NCBI GenBank assembly: GCA_903827955.1
Contig: CAIKKJ010000091.1
Location: 4,514-68,513, forward strand
Direction: 5' to 3'
DNA: 64,000 nt
DNA from: an uncultured Verrucomicrobia subdivision 3 bacterium
GTDB taxonomy: Bacteria; Verrucomicrobiota; Verrucomicrobiia; Limisphaerales; UBA11358
Positions 9,598 to 19,384 of the stretch are shown piece by piece. The position numbers and the translations under genes are program-made. Every line of letters begins with the position of its first letter. Within the stretch, counting starts at the first letter, position 1. The notes beneath the pieces are model-generated. The model saw only the letters and a program-made list of their open reading frames with translations, did no database searches and was not told the DNA's origin.

Positions 9598-10475
9598 TTG
9601 ACTTCCTCCTCTTTCACGAGCGCCACGAACAAATCTTCGAGCGTCAGGCGCGTGAGCGAAATGTTTTCCGCGCCGCGTGTTTGCAGCCAGTCCTGACCGC
9701 TGGTCTTTTGGTCAACCAGTGCGTGCCAGCGGTTTTCGTTTCGCTTCAGGACGATGAAACCATCACGATTGTGAAACGGTGTTTTGTTCTCGGAGAAAAA
9801 TTCTGCCATGCGAAAACGGTCAACGACTTCGTCCATGCGGCCTTCGAGCAGCAGTTTTCCGTTCTTGATCATGCCGACGTGGTCGGCGAAGCGTTCGATG
9901 TCGCTCAAACTATGCGAGGAAATCAGCACGGTGCGCTCGCCATCCTCGACGGCCTTGAGTAGCTCGGCAAAAACTTGCTGCTTGGAAACGGGGTCAAGAC
10001 CGGTGGTCGGTTCGTCGAGGATCAAAATTTCCGGCCGACGCGCGAGGGCGAGGAGCAGACTCAATTTCATTTTCGCGCCAAAGGAGAGTGTGGCGATTTT
10101 GTCGGTGTCGCTCAAACCAAACGCTTTCATGAGCGTGGCGCAATAGGCGTCGTCCCAGTTTGGATAAAATCCGCGCACGAAGCGGATGGCTTTGCCGACT
10201 TTGCCCCAGACCATGAAATTCAAATCGGGGCTGACGTAGGCGGCGCGCTGCTTGATTTGAACTTCGGCGCGCTGGTGGTTGAGGCCGAGCACGCGGATTT
10301 CGCCGCCGTCGGTTTTGCCCATGCCAAAAATCAGGTCAATGGCAGTAGTTTTGCCCGCGCCGTTTGGCCCGATGAGGCCGTAGATGGCGCCGCGCGGCAC
10401 GGTCAAATCGAGCGGGCCGAGTTTGAAGGCGGGATAATTTTTTACGAGTCCACGGATTTCGATGGCGTTGTTCAT
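9594..10475 (-). CDS. ABC transporter ATP-binding protein
   Basis: Walker A GPNGAGKTT, signature LSFGAKMKL, Walker B ILILDEPTTGLD, H-loop SSHSL. 293 aa. Confidence 0.9.
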   Translation of the reverse strand: MNNAIEIRGLVKNYPAFKLGPLDLTVPRGAIYGLIGPNGAGKTTAIDLIFGMGKTDGGEIRVLGLNHQRAEVQIKQRAAYVSPDLNFMVWGKVGKAIRFVRGFYPNWDDAYCATLMKAFGLSDTDKIATLSFGAKMKLSLLLALARRPEILILDEPTTGLDPVSKQQVFAELLKAVEDGERTVLISSHSLSDIERFADHVGMIKNGKLLLEGRMDEVVDRFRMAEFFSENKTPFHNRDGFIVLKRNENRWHALVDQKTSGQDWLQTRGAENISLTRLTLEDLFVALVKEEEVK

Positions 10476-10476
10476 G

Positions 10477-10875
10477 TCATTTTCCTTTGATGATTTTTTG
10501 AGCGAGTTCGAGAATTTCTGATTGTTTCAACCCCGCTTCCGCCGCTTCCTGCGCGGCTTCGCGGAAAAGTTCCTGCGCGACGTTAAGCTTGGCTTCGCGG
10601 CTGCGGTCATGGCCAAGGTCGGCGACGAACGTGCCGAGTCCCTGCCGGCGATAAATGATTCCTTCGCGCTCCAACTCTTCGTAGGCGCGTTTGACGGTGA
10701 TGACGCTGACGAGCAAATCCTCCGCGAGTTGGCGGAAGGAGGGCAGCGACGCACCGGGCTTGAGCCGACCTTCGCTGACCTCGCGCTTGAGGCCGTCCAC
10801 GATCTGCTGGTAGAGCGTGCCGGGCGCGGCAGGCGAAATCGGGCCGAGGATGAGTTTTTTATTTGCCGGAGCCAT
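10477..10875 (-). CDS. GntR family transcriptional regulator, short YtrA-like subfamily
   Basis: 132 aa. Winged-HTH sequence LPSFRQLAEDLLVSVITVKRAYEELEREGIIYRRQGLGTFV with only a short helical C-terminus. Ends 1 nt before the ABC ATPase start. Confidence 0.85.
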   Translation of the reverse strand: MAPANKKLILGPISPAAPGTLYQQIVDGLKREVSEGRLKPGASLPSFRQLAEDLLVSVITVKRAYEELEREGIIYRRQGLGTFVADLGHDRSREAKLNVAQELFREAAQEAAEAGLKQSEILELAQKIIKGK

Positions 10876-10965
10876 TTGTTACTACTGTGTATAACAGATA
10901 TAAACAGCATGTCAACCAGAAAAATTACATTCTGTTTTCCGGGTGGGTTATTAGACTGCTGCGAA

Positions 10966-11646
10966 ATGAATTCTGTCATCATCGTCGCCGCCGGCAAAGG
11001 CACGCGCATGGGCGCGAAAGTGGACAAGCTCTGGCTTGAAGTCGCTGGGCGGCCAGTAGTCGCGCACACTTGGAAACAATTCAACGATGCGTCGTGCGTG
11101 GATGAAATCATCCTCGTTGTGCGCGACGGGATGCAGGCTGAATTTCAAAAGCTGGCGGCGGAATATAAATTTCAAAAACCATTCAAGCTCGTGGTTGGCG
11201 GTGCGGAACGGCAGGACTCCGTGTGGAATGGTCTCGAGGCGATTTCGGCCAAAACTCAAATCGTTGCCATCCAGGACGCGGCGCGGCCGTGCACCACGGA
11301 AGAAGTGATCGCGGACACGATTGCCGCTGCGCGAGAAACGGGTGCAGCGGTTGCGGCGCAGCAAGTGACGGACACAATCAAGGAGACGGCGGATGGAAAA
11401 ATTATTTCTCGCACGGTGGACCGCTCGAAATTGTGGTCGGTGCAGACGCCGCAGACATTCCGCGTGGCCGTCATCCGCGAGGCCATCGCCACGGCGCGGT
11501 CGAAAAATTTGATTCTCACTGATGACACGGCGGCGTGCGAACTCATCGGCCAGCCGGTGCGATTGGTGAAAAGTGCTTCGCCAAATCCGAAGGTGACGGT
11601 GCCGGCGGATTTGCCGTTCGTTGAAAGTCTGTTGAAAAAAGCCTGA
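10966..11646 (+). CDS. ispD: 2-C-methyl-D-erythritol 4-phosphate cytidylyltransferase
   Basis: MNSVIIVAAGKGTRMGAKVDKLWLEV...VAIQDAARP...VQTPQTF. The longer ORF from 10522 overlaps the gntR gene and is rejected. Confidence 0.9.
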   Translation: MNSVIIVAAGKGTRMGAKVDKLWLEVAGRPVVAHTWKQFNDASCVDEIILVVRDGMQAEFQKLAAEYKFQKPFKLVVGGAERQDSVWNGLEAISAKTQIVAIQDAARPCTTEEVIADTIAAARETGAAVAAQQVTDTIKETADGKIISRTVDRSKLWSVQTPQTFRVAVIREAIATARSKNLILTDDTAACELIGQPVRLVKSASPNPKVTVPADLPFVESLLKKA

Positions 11647-11666
11647 CTCTGGTAGATTTTGCGCCC

Positions 11667-12983
11667 ATGAAACGCCGCCTGATTTTTAGCCTCGTCATCG
11701 CCGTGCTGCTGGTGAACCTCGCCATCGGCGCGCAGATTTACCTGGCGGCGGCTGGCAGCGCAAAAAATCCGCATGACTTGGAGGGCCCGGAGTTGCAGTT
11801 GTTTTCTGAAGTGCTGGAACGCGTTCATAACGAATACGTGGACGGCAAGGACATGACTTACCAGCAGCTCGTCCACACATCGCTCAACGGCATGGTCAAG
11901 CGCCTCGACCCGCACAGCGAGTTTCTTGATGCGACTTCCTACCAGCGGTTGCAGGACGATACGGAAGGCCAGTTTGGCGGTCTGGGTTTGGTCGTTTCCA
12001 TGCGCGATGGCTGGGTCACGGTTGTCACCCCGATGGAGGACACGCCGGGTTTTCGCGCGGGTATTCTCACCGGCGATCGCATCATGAAAATCGGCGGCAA
12101 GAGCGTGGAAAAAGTTCCGCTCGATGAAGTCGTGAACCAGTTGCGCGGCGAGCCGGACACGAAAGTCACCGTTACCCTGCAACGACCGGCGACCGGCGAG
12201 ACGAAAGATTACACGCTCAAGCGCGCCGTCATCCAGATGGCGATGGTCAAGGACGTGAACGGCAAAAAAGAATTTCCGCTGGATGAAAACCGGGTTGGTT
12301 ACGTCCGTCTGACGCAGTTTGGCGATCAGACCTCCGAAGAACTGGAGGCCGCTTTGCAAAAATTGCAGCGGCAGGGGATGCGCGGCTTGGTGATGGATTT
12401 ACGCTGGAATCCCGGCGGCCTGCTGGACGAGGCGGTGACCGTTTGCCAGAAATTTCTCCCGCGCGGCCAACTGGTCGTCTCCACCGAGGGCCGGCACATG
12501 CTCGAAAAATTTTACGCCAAGGGCTCCGGCGATGAATTGAACGGCATGCCCATCGTTATTCTTGCAAACCTCGGCAGTGCGAGCGCGGCGGAAATAGTCA
12601 CCGGTTGTCTGCAGGATTTACATCGCGCCGTGGTGCTGGGTGAAAAGACTTTCGGCAAAGGTTCGGTGCAGACGATTTTTCCGCTCGATGACGGTTCGGC
12701 GCTCAAGCTCACCGTGGCAAAATATTACACGCCGAGCCACAAGGTCATTCACGAGCACGGCATCATGCCGGACATTCTGGTGCCGATGACCGATGCAGAA
12801 GAGGCTGCGCTCATCCTGCAACGCTCGCCCGGCGGCGTTGAATCGTTGCCGGAAAAAAAACAGATGGAGATCCGCGCCATTCACGACACGCAATTAGAGC
12901 GCGCCGAAGATTTGCTCAAGGGGCTGATTCTCTACCGCACGATGAGCGGCGGCGCGAAACCAGAAAAAGTCGCCGCCAAGTAA
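11667..12983 (+). CDS. Carboxy-terminal processing protease (S41 family)
   Basis: N-terminal TM/signal sequence, PDZ region (GLGLVVSMRDGWVTVVTPMEDTPGFRAGILTGDRIMKIGG) and S41 core (LVMDLRWNPGGLL, GSASAAEIVTG, GKGSVQT). Confidence 0.9.
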   Translation: MKRRLIFSLVIAVLLVNLAIGAQIYLAAAGSAKNPHDLEGPELQLFSEVLERVHNEYVDGKDMTYQQLVHTSLNGMVKRLDPHSEFLDATSYQRLQDDTEGQFGGLGLVVSMRDGWVTVVTPMEDTPGFRAGILTGDRIMKIGGKSVEKVPLDEVVNQLRGEPDTKVTVTLQRPATGETKDYTLKRAVIQMAMVKDVNGKKEFPLDENRVGYVRLTQFGDQTSEELEAALQKLQRQGMRGLVMDLRWNPGGLLDEAVTVCQKFLPRGQLVVSTEGRHMLEKFYAKGSGDELNGMPIVILANLGSASAAEIVTGCLQDLHRAVVLGEKTFGKGSVQTIFPLDDGSALKLTVAKYYTPSHKVIHEHGIMPDILVPMTDAEEAALILQRSPGGVESLPEKKQMEIRAIHDTQLERAEDLLKGLILYRTMSGGAKPEKVAAK

Positions 12984-13991
12984 ATGACCCTGCTCGCGCT
13001 TGAAACTTCCTGCGATGAAACCAGCGCCGCCGTCGTGCGCGATGGAAAAATTCTGTCCAACGTCGTCTCGTCACAAATCAAGCTGCACGCGGAATATGGC
13101 GGCGTCGTGCCTGAGCTTGCGGCCCGCGAGCATCTGAAAAATCTTTTGCCCGTGGCCCAGTCGGCGTTAAGTGAGGCGGGGATTTCCCCGTCAGCATTGG
13201 ATGCCGTTGCCGCCACGCAAGGGCCGGGACTGGCGATCGCCTTGCTTGTGGGCTTCAAGGCGGCCCAGGCCTTTGCCTTTGCGTTGAACAAGCCGTTCAT
13301 CGGCATCAACCATCACGAAGCGCACCTGTATTCGCCGTGGATTGGCCAGTTTGAAAAATTTCAGCCCAACCTGTCGCTGATCGTCAGCGGCGGGCACACG
13401 ATGCTGGTGCTGGTGGAATCCGAACTGAAACATCGCGTGCTCGGTGGGACGATTGACGATGCCGCCGGTGAATGTTTCGACAAGACCGGCAAGCTCATGG
13501 GCCTCGCGTATCCCGCCGGCCCGGTTATTGACAAACTGGCGGAGCAGGGGAATCCAACCGCCTACGATTTTCCGCGCCCGTTGCTGCATGATGCCAACGA
13601 CGATTTCAGCTTCAGCGGCCTGAAAACTTCCGTGCGTTATTTTATCCGGGACAATCCGGCGTTGCTGGACGACGATAAAAAAATACGGGACCTCTGCGCC
13701 AGCGTGCAGGCCGCCATTGTAGAAGTGCTGGTGAAGAAAACCATCCGGTCCGCGAAACGCAACGGTGTCCGCTGCATCACCGCGTCCGGCGGCGTGACGT
13801 GCAATTCCGGCCTGCGAAGAGAGTTGGAGCGCGCCTGCCAAAAAAATGGTTTAACACTACGGCTGGCGGAGAAAAATCTTTGCACCGATAACGCTGCAAT
13901 GATCGGGATTCTGGCCGGACGCAAGTTGCTGGCCAACGTGCCGCCCCCGGCTTTCGATGAAGAAATCAAGCCCGGCTGGGCGCTGGTTTGA
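12984..13991 (+). CDS. tsaD: tRNA N6-adenosine threonylcarbamoyltransferase TsaD
   Basis: LALETSCDETSAAVV, INHHEAHLYSP, SGGHT and ASGGVTCNSGLR. The start abuts the protease stop. Confidence 0.95.
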   Translation: MTLLALETSCDETSAAVVRDGKILSNVVSSQIKLHAEYGGVVPELAAREHLKNLLPVAQSALSEAGISPSALDAVAATQGPGLAIALLVGFKAAQAFAFALNKPFIGINHHEAHLYSPWIGQFEKFQPNLSLIVSGGHTMLVLVESELKHRVLGGTIDDAAGECFDKTGKLMGLAYPAGPVIDKLAEQGNPTAYDFPRPLLHDANDDFSFSGLKTSVRYFIRDNPALLDDDKKIRDLCASVQAAIVEVLVKKTIRSAKRNGVRCITASGGVTCNSGLRRELERACQKNGLTLRLAEKNLCTDNAAMIGILAGRKLLANVPPPAFDEEIKPGWALV

Positions 13992-14018
13992 TCGCCCGCC
14001 GGCTTCACGGCGTCGTTG

Positions 14019-14182
14019 ATGGCGGCGGTGAAGTGGTATCTGCAACACATCTACGAGAAGCTCCACGTCCATTCGCGGATGGCGGCGGCGCTGAAATTCA
14101 AGCAGGGGGCAGGGTTCGTAATACTAACCACTCGGCTAGGTAGGCAAAATCGCGTTCGAGGTTATGATGCATTCAAGCCATG
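14019..14182 (+). pseudogene. Possible remnant of a LuxR/FixJ-type HTH gene (only the recognition-helix end is present)
   Basis: Reading on in frame after the tsaD stop gives ...AAVKWYLQHIYEKLHVHSRMAAALKF..., which resembles the C-terminal helix of LuxR-type HTH domains (xTVKxHxxxIxxKLxVxSRxxA). No upstream part of such a domain exists. Coordinates are approximate. Confidence 0.3.
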
Positions 14183-15907
14183 ACAACACCCCTAACCGGA
14201 CAACCGTCTCGTAACGCCCAAAACCTAGAAACCATGAAAACACCAGAACTGACCAAAGCCAGTATTGTAGCCAATCGCATCAAAACATTTTTCGCGAGCA
14301 TGGCCGTGGCCGCCATCGCCAGCAGTGCCAGCGCGGACACCACCAACTTGTTTCCGAACGGAGATTTTTCCGTCGCCGGCCCGACGGCTGACTGGGTGGA
14401 AAACAACTGCTGCGGAAATTTCGTTTATACCTATCCGACCTCGGGCGGTAACCCAGGCGGATATGGCACAATTAACAACCAGGGGCCGGTCAGTTACTAC
14501 GGCATCTGGGTCAATGGCGATTCCGTCCCGCTCACGCTGACTTCAATGGGGCTTACCGCTGGCCAGACCTACACGTTTGTCGAGGACATGAAAATCATTT
14601 CCGGCACTTCGATTGGTGGATTCAAGATTGATTGGTTCGACGGTCTCAATGCCCAGGTAGGCTCCACGGGCGACATGTATCCATCCACTGCCGGGCATAA
14701 CACGGCTAACTGGGAAACCTATTCATTCTCCATCACAATCCCCTCGGGCGCGGTCGGAATGAAAATAGTTCCGGAATGGGGTGGTTTGTCCGAAGTAGCC
14801 TTTGATAACATCGGAGTGGTTCTTCCCACAACATCGCCTTTGGCTGCGTCCATCACCTCTCCAGTGAACGCGACCACAGTCGGCACCAATTTCACGATCA
14901 ATGCCAGCGCCTCTGTTTTGCCGGGAGCAGTAACCAATGTGGCGTTTTATGATGGCACCACGCTGCTTGGCAACGACACCACGTCGCCTTACAACTTTGC
15001 CGCAACGGGTGTTTCGGTCGGTTCTCATTCATTGAAGGTCGTGGCCAAGGCTAACACCGGCGGTGCCGTTACCTCATCCGTCGTCACAGTGAACGTGGTT
15101 GCTGACCCTTACTTTTTTACAGTTGATCCCACTAAGACGTGGGTGGGCTACATGAATTGGTATGAAACTCCGCAAAATGGCGGCGGTTTTACCCCTGGCG
15201 GTTTTTGGGGCACGGCTGATTTGCGCGCAACTTTTTCTGGCTCAGTATTGAGCTTATTGCCGAACACGATTGGGGATCCTGCCGGCTACTGGTATGTCAG
15301 CACGGGTAACAATTCCGTGGGGAACAAAATCATGGATGCCAATATGTATGTTGAGCCTGGTTCTTTGCCGGGCGTGACCATGACGTTCGCTGGCACTTGT
15401 AACAACAATACGATGACAACCAACGGCGCCTTTGCTGGGCCAGTAAACCCTGCGGGCAACGGCTGGACCTGCGTGGCCTTCATCAAAGATTATGCGCCAG
15501 ACTTTTCGTCCTCAGTCAGTGTGACAACGCCTTTGACCAACGGCCAGCCGTTCACCATTAGCTTGGCAACTATCAACGACCCGGCACGCCATATTCAGTA
15601 TGGCTTTGAAACTTTCGGCCCGTGCGTCTGGGCCAGCGACACGTCTCTGGCAGGTTACGGCAATGTGCAAGTTGGTCCGCTGGTCGGCTCGCCGACATCG
15701 GTGGCCATCACTCCGAGCCTGAACGGTGGCAACTTGCGTCTCGCGTTTCCCACCCAAACCGGGTTCACCTACACCGTCCAATACAAGACCAACCTGTTAA
15801 GTGCTACTTGGACAACCTTGACGACCACCAATGGAACCGGCTCAACCGCCGTCGTGACCAGCGGCATCAGCGGCGCCAATCGTTTCTACCGTTTACAAAT
15901 CCAGTAA
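14180..15907 (+). CDS. Secreted carbohydrate-binding-module protein (CBM4/9-like domain, Ig-like domain, unknown domain, FYRL C-terminal module)
   Basis: Signal peptide follows an internal Met (MKTPELT...AIASSASA, likely start about 14234). CBM-like region NLFPNGDFS...WVEN...AFDNIGV. Ig-like region [20 protein letters not shown]...[12 protein letters not shown]. Ends NRFYRLQIQ. Confidence 0.6.
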   Translation: MTTPLTGQPSRNAQNLETMKTPELTKASIVANRIKTFFASMAVAAIASSASADTTNLFPNGDFSVAGPTADWVENNCCGNFVYTYPTSGGNPGGYGTINNQGPVSYYGIWVNGDSVPLTLTSMGLTAGQTYTFVEDMKIISGTSIGGFKIDWFDGLNAQVGSTGDMYPSTAGHNTANWETYSFSITIPSGAVGMKIVPEWGGLSEVAFDNIGVVLPTTSPLAASITSPVNATTVGTNFTINASASVLPGAVTNVAFYDGTTLLGNDTTSPYNFAATGVSVGSHSLKVVAKANTGGAVTSSVVTVNVVADPYFFTVDPTKTWVGYMNWYETPQNGGGFTPGGFWGTADLRATFSGSVLSLLPNTIGDPAGYWYVSTGNNSVGNKIMDANMYVEPGSLPGVTMTFAGTCNNNTMTTNGAFAGPVNPAGNGWTCVAFIKDYAPDFSSSVSVTTPLTNGQPFTISLATINDPARHIQYGFETFGPCVWASDTSLAGYGNVQVGPLVGSPTSVAITPSLNGGNLRLAFPTQTGFTYTVQYKTNLLSATWTTLTTTNGTGSTAVVTSGISGANRFYRLQIQ

Positions 15908-15920
15908 CGGTAAAACAAAT

Positions 15921-15950
15921 TCGGGCCGACACCTTCGGGTGTCGGCCCGA
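15921..15950 (+). other. Perfect 13-bp stem-loop with a TTCG tetraloop between the CBM gene and the pseudopilin-like gene
   Basis: tcgggccgacacc-ttcg-ggtgtcggcccga. No downstream T-tract; the next start codon is 11 nt away. Confidence 0.6.
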
Positions 15951-15960
15951 CAAGCAATCA

Positions 15961-16734
15961 ATGAAAATATCCACCCCATCATCGCGATTGGCCTTCACCT
16001 TGATTGAACTGCTGGTGGTCATCGCCATCATCGCGATTCTGGCGGCGATGCTGTTGCCCGCGCTGGCCAAGGCCAAGGAAAAAGCAAAGGCGATTGCGGA
16101 CGTCAACAATAACAAGCAAGTGAGTTTGGGGATGATGATGTATGTGGGCGATAACAGTGATTATCTGCCACCATTGAACGACAAAAACTTTGCCAGCCAC
16201 AGCGCCAACTGGTGGTATAAAATCTTGGACAGCGGGAATTATTTGACGAGCAGTTCACAATCAAACAATGTCTGGCGCTGCCCGGCGGTGTTGGATGCGG
16301 ACATAGACCCCGGCACGGTGAGTTATTACAGCTCTCCCTGTGAAGGGTATGGTCCGCTCGAGGACACGACCAATCCCGACAAAGGAATCATCCGTTACTA
16401 TTTGGATCTGTCCGGCAAGCCGCAAGGCGCCCGCAAAATGAACTCCATCAGCCGCACCAGCCAAATATGGTTAATTGGCGATGTCGGGCGTCCGAAATCA
16501 GGCGGAAATGTCAACAAGCTACCTACCAGCTACTACACCGACATCACTGTCATCAAGCCGGTCATCAATCCGGCTCCCGGTTCCGGCTGGACAACGGTTC
16601 CGGTCAACAAGCAGGCCGCCTGCCGCCACAATGGCCGCGCGAACTACTCGGCGTGCGACGGTCATGTCGAAGCTGGCAAGTGGTCGGACTTGAGCACTGA
16701 TATCAATGACGTATTCGCCATCACTTCCTTTTAA
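15961..16734 (+). CDS. Prepilin-type N-terminal cleavage/methylation domain protein, H-X9-DG (DUF1559-like) family
   Basis: [33 protein letters not shown] at the N-terminus. C-terminal [14 protein letters not shown] matches H-X9-DG exactly. Confidence 0.85.
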   Translation: MKISTPSSRLAFTLIELLVVIAIIAILAAMLLPALAKAKEKAKAIADVNNNKQVSLGMMMYVGDNSDYLPPLNDKNFASHSANWWYKILDSGNYLTSSSQSNNVWRCPAVLDADIDPGTVSYYSSPCEGYGPLEDTTNPDKGIIRYYLDLSGKPQGARKMNSISRTSQIWLIGDVGRPKSGGNVNKLPTSYYTDITVIKPVINPAPGSGWTTVPVNKQAACRHNGRANYSACDGHVEAGKWSDLSTDINDVFAITSF

Positions 16735-16776
16735 AGCCCAAATTTAGCCTACCCTGAAAGTTTGTATTTATTCGCC

Positions 16777-16959
16777 ATGAAGAGAACATTTCTGTCCGCA
16801 TTTCTGGCTACCGCCACCGCCGGTCTGAAACTTGCCGCCCAACCCGCCACGTGGAAAAAACTCGCCGATGATTTTCAGGCGCAGACCTTGCAGACGCGGG
16901 ACAACTTTCCGTTGATCACCTCACCGGCGAACCGCAGTTCCCGGCTGGCAATGGATTAG
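16777..16959 (+). CDS. Small ORF with a signal-peptide-like N-terminus; possibly a gene remnant
   Basis: MKRTFLSAFLATATAGLKLAAQP... 60 aa with no recognisable domain. Sits in the 246-nt gap before GH16. Confidence 0.2.
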   Translation: MKRTFLSAFLATATAGLKLAAQPATWKKLADDFQAQTLQTRDNFPLITSPANRSSRLAMD

Positions 16960-16980
16960 GCTACGGTTTATTTTCAAAAA

Positions 16981-18591
16981 GTGATGCGTCTGAATCTTTT
17001 GACCACTTGGTCTCGTTGTTTCAATTGCATCGGGTTGCTGGCGGCATTGGTGCTGGCGGGTGAACTTCACGCTGCCGGCGTGTTGAGCAATCCGGGCTTT
17101 GAGTCCGACGCGCCCGGACAGCATCAAAATCTTCTCGGTTGGACATGGTATGGCCAGCCGTGGGGAAACACGTTCAACGAGACCGGCGCGGACGCCCGCA
17201 GTGGAAATAATTTTTTCAAAGTTTTCCAAGGCTTCACCGGCAGCGTGAATTACAACGGCGTTTATCAGGATTACATTTCCGGGCCGGGCGCAACTTACAC
17301 GGCGGACGGCTGGGCGTTCACCGCCACGGCCGATGCGCTCGACGGACAAAACCTCGCGTGGATTGAAGTCAGTTTCCGCGATGCCACCGGCGGAATGCTT
17401 TCGCTGTATCGTTCCGCGCTCATCACGACCAACACCATCGCCACCGGCGCGTTTCCCAAAAGCCTCTGGAACAATCTCCGCGTCACGAACCAATGCAACA
17501 CGAGCACCTTTGCGATCACCAATACGGTGACGAAACTTGTCGCGCCCGTCGGAACTTTTTATGTGCGCTACCAGTTGGTGTTTCAGGGCGATGCGAATAA
17601 TTCCGGCGGCTCCGTTTATTTTGACGACTTGAACCTCGCACAAATCAGCGGCACGGCCTACGGAGATTATAACATCGTCTGGAGTGACGAGTTTGACGGC
17701 ACGGCTATCAAGACGAACCTGTGGACTTACGACACCGGCACGGGCGGCTCAAATCCCGGCTGGGGCAACAACGAGCTGGAAAATTACACCAGCCGCGCCA
17801 CCAACGCCTTCGTCACGAATGGTCTTTTGCACATCGTCGCCCGCAAGGAATCGCTCGGCGGCGCGAGCTACACCTCAGCGCGGATGAAATCGCAAGGTTT
17901 ATTCGCCGCGAAATTCGGGCGCATCGAATGGCGCGCGGCGCTGCCGACGGGTGTGGGTTTCTGGCCCGCGCTGTGGCTACTCGGCACGAACATCACGACG
18001 CTTGGCTGGCCGGGCTGCGGGGAGGTGGACGTGCTGGAAAATGTCGGCAGCAATCCGCTGATGGCGCAGGCTAGCATCCATTCCGGCAGCGACGCCACGG
18101 CGATTTACAATTTCACCGACGGCAATACCACGACTAATTTCCACACCTATACGTTCGACTGGACGACCAATGCAATGTTGTTTTATGTGGACGGCCATCT
18201 TTACCAGACGCAGACGAGCTGGGGCACTTCCGTGGGCGGCCAAAGTTATCCGTTCCCGTTCAACCAGCCGTTCTTCTTCATCATGAACCTTGCCATTGGC
18301 GGCAATTACATCGGCAACCCGACCACCAGCGCCATCAACGCCGGCAGCGTGTTTCCCGGCGAAATCCAGGTGGACTACCTCCGCATCTACAACGTCACCG
18401 CGCCATTCCGCATCGGTGTGAATAAAAGTGGTGCAAACCTGCTGCTGACTTGGCCGAGCAATATCGTCTGCCGGATGCAGTCACAGACTAATTTACTCGT
18501 GAGCAACTGGGTTCAAATCGGGACGGCTTCCAATTCGCTGCCGGTGGCGGCGCCTGCCGGTAATGTTTTCTATCGCTTGGTGTCGCCGTGA
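16981..18591 (+). CDS. Secreted GH16 beta-glucanase (laminarinase-like) with an N-terminal CBM4/9-like domain and FYRL C-terminal module
   Basis: Signal peptide present. CBM-like region VLSNPGFES...VYFDDLNL. GH16 core GWGNNELENYT with catalytic motif GEVDVLE (ExDxxE). Ends NVFYRLVSP. Confidence 0.9.
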   Translation: MMRLNLLTTWSRCFNCIGLLAALVLAGELHAAGVLSNPGFESDAPGQHQNLLGWTWYGQPWGNTFNETGADARSGNNFFKVFQGFTGSVNYNGVYQDYISGPGATYTADGWAFTATADALDGQNLAWIEVSFRDATGGMLSLYRSALITTNTIATGAFPKSLWNNLRVTNQCNTSTFAITNTVTKLVAPVGTFYVRYQLVFQGDANNSGGSVYFDDLNLAQISGTAYGDYNIVWSDEFDGTAIKTNLWTYDTGTGGSNPGWGNNELENYTSRATNAFVTNGLLHIVARKESLGGASYTSARMKSQGLFAAKFGRIEWRAALPTGVGFWPALWLLGTNITTLGWPGCGEVDVLENVGSNPLMAQASIHSGSDATAIYNFTDGNTTTNFHTYTFDWTTNAMLFYVDGHLYQTQTSWGTSVGGQSYPFPFNQPFFFIMNLAIGGNYIGNPTTSAINAGSVFPGEIQVDYLRIYNVTAPFRIGVNKSGANLLLTWPSNIVCRMQSQTNLLVSNWVQIGTASNSLPVAAPAGNVFYRLVSP

Positions 18592-18742
18592 ACTTTTTGG
18601 TTCCGGTTATGTTCTTCCGGCGGCGTGTCCGTGACTACGACATTAATCAGATGGCGTCCCGGAAACCTTTCTGGCATTTTTTGACTATCCCGCCACGCGA
18701 AATTTTTGCCGGGCGTGATGCTTATTTAACACCAAAAAAACC

Positions 18743-19384
18743 ATGAATCGTTTGCATCTCAACCTGTGTGTTCTGGCCGCAGCCACAATGTTCGCCGTCG
18801 GCTGCCAGTCCGAAAAATCTTCCGCCTGCAGCCAGCCTGCGGCTACTCCGTCACCCATGGCCGCCGCTCCAACTGTGGCTCCTGCCGCTGTCTCCGCTCC
18901 GCCGGCGACTGTCGCGTTGCCAGCGGACGAACGCAAAATCATCCGCATCAAGGCGGGAGTGTCGACACCGGTCACAGATTCCGCCGGTAACGTCTGGCTG
19001 CAAGATCAAGGTTTTGAGGGCGGCGAAATGGTGGAACGCCCCGATGCAGAAATTGCGAATACAAAAGATCCAGTCATCTATCGCGCCGAACATTTTTCAA
19101 TGGAAGGATTTTCCTGGCCGCTTGCCAACGGCAAGTATCAGGTGAAACTACATTTCTGCGAAACCTACGAAGGCATCACCGGACCGGGCGAACGCGTGTT
19201 TTCAATCAATGTTCAGGGACAGGAGTTGAAGGATTTCGATGTCTGGAAAAAAGCTGGCGGTTTGCTCAAAGCCTACGTTGAGACCGTGAGTGTCGAGGTC
19301 ACAAATGGCAAGCTGGAAATTAAGTTCACCAGCAATGTTGAAAACCCGGAAATCAACGGCATCGAAATCATTCCCGCTGGCTGA
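18743..19384 (+). CDS. Lipoprotein consisting of a malectin-like carbohydrate-binding domain
   Basis: Lipobox MFAVGC and a Pro/Ala-rich linker. Then IRIKAGVSTPVTDSAGNVWLQDQGFEGG...YRAEHFS...GKYQVKLHFCETY...RVFSINVQGQ...DVWKKAGG...NPEINGIEIIP, typical of malectin domains. Confidence 0.75.
   Translation: MNRLHLNLCVLAAATMFAVGCQSEKSSACSQPAATPSPMAAAPTVAPAAVSAPPATVALPADERKIIRIKAGVSTPVTDSAGNVWLQDQGFEGGEMVERPDAEIANTKDPVIYRAEHFSMEGFSWPLANGKYQVKLHFCETYEGITGPGERVFSINVQGQELKDFDVWKKAGGLLKAYVETVSVEVTNGKLEIKFTSNVENPEINGIEIIPAG

Noticed and set aside
10522-10965. N-terminal 148-aa extension of the ispD ORF in the six-frame track.
   Set aside because: It overlaps the well-supported gntR gene on the other strand and has no IspD similarity. 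The canonical IspD N-terminus (MNSVIIVAAGKGTRM) begins at 10966.
15622-15960. Upstream extension of the pseudopilin ORF (370-aa version) overlapping the end of the CBM gene.
   Set aside because: The prepilin leader plus FTLIELLVV motif must sit at the N-terminus. ATG 15961 gives the canonical short leader, and the extension is Arg-rich out-of-frame sequence of the preceding gene.
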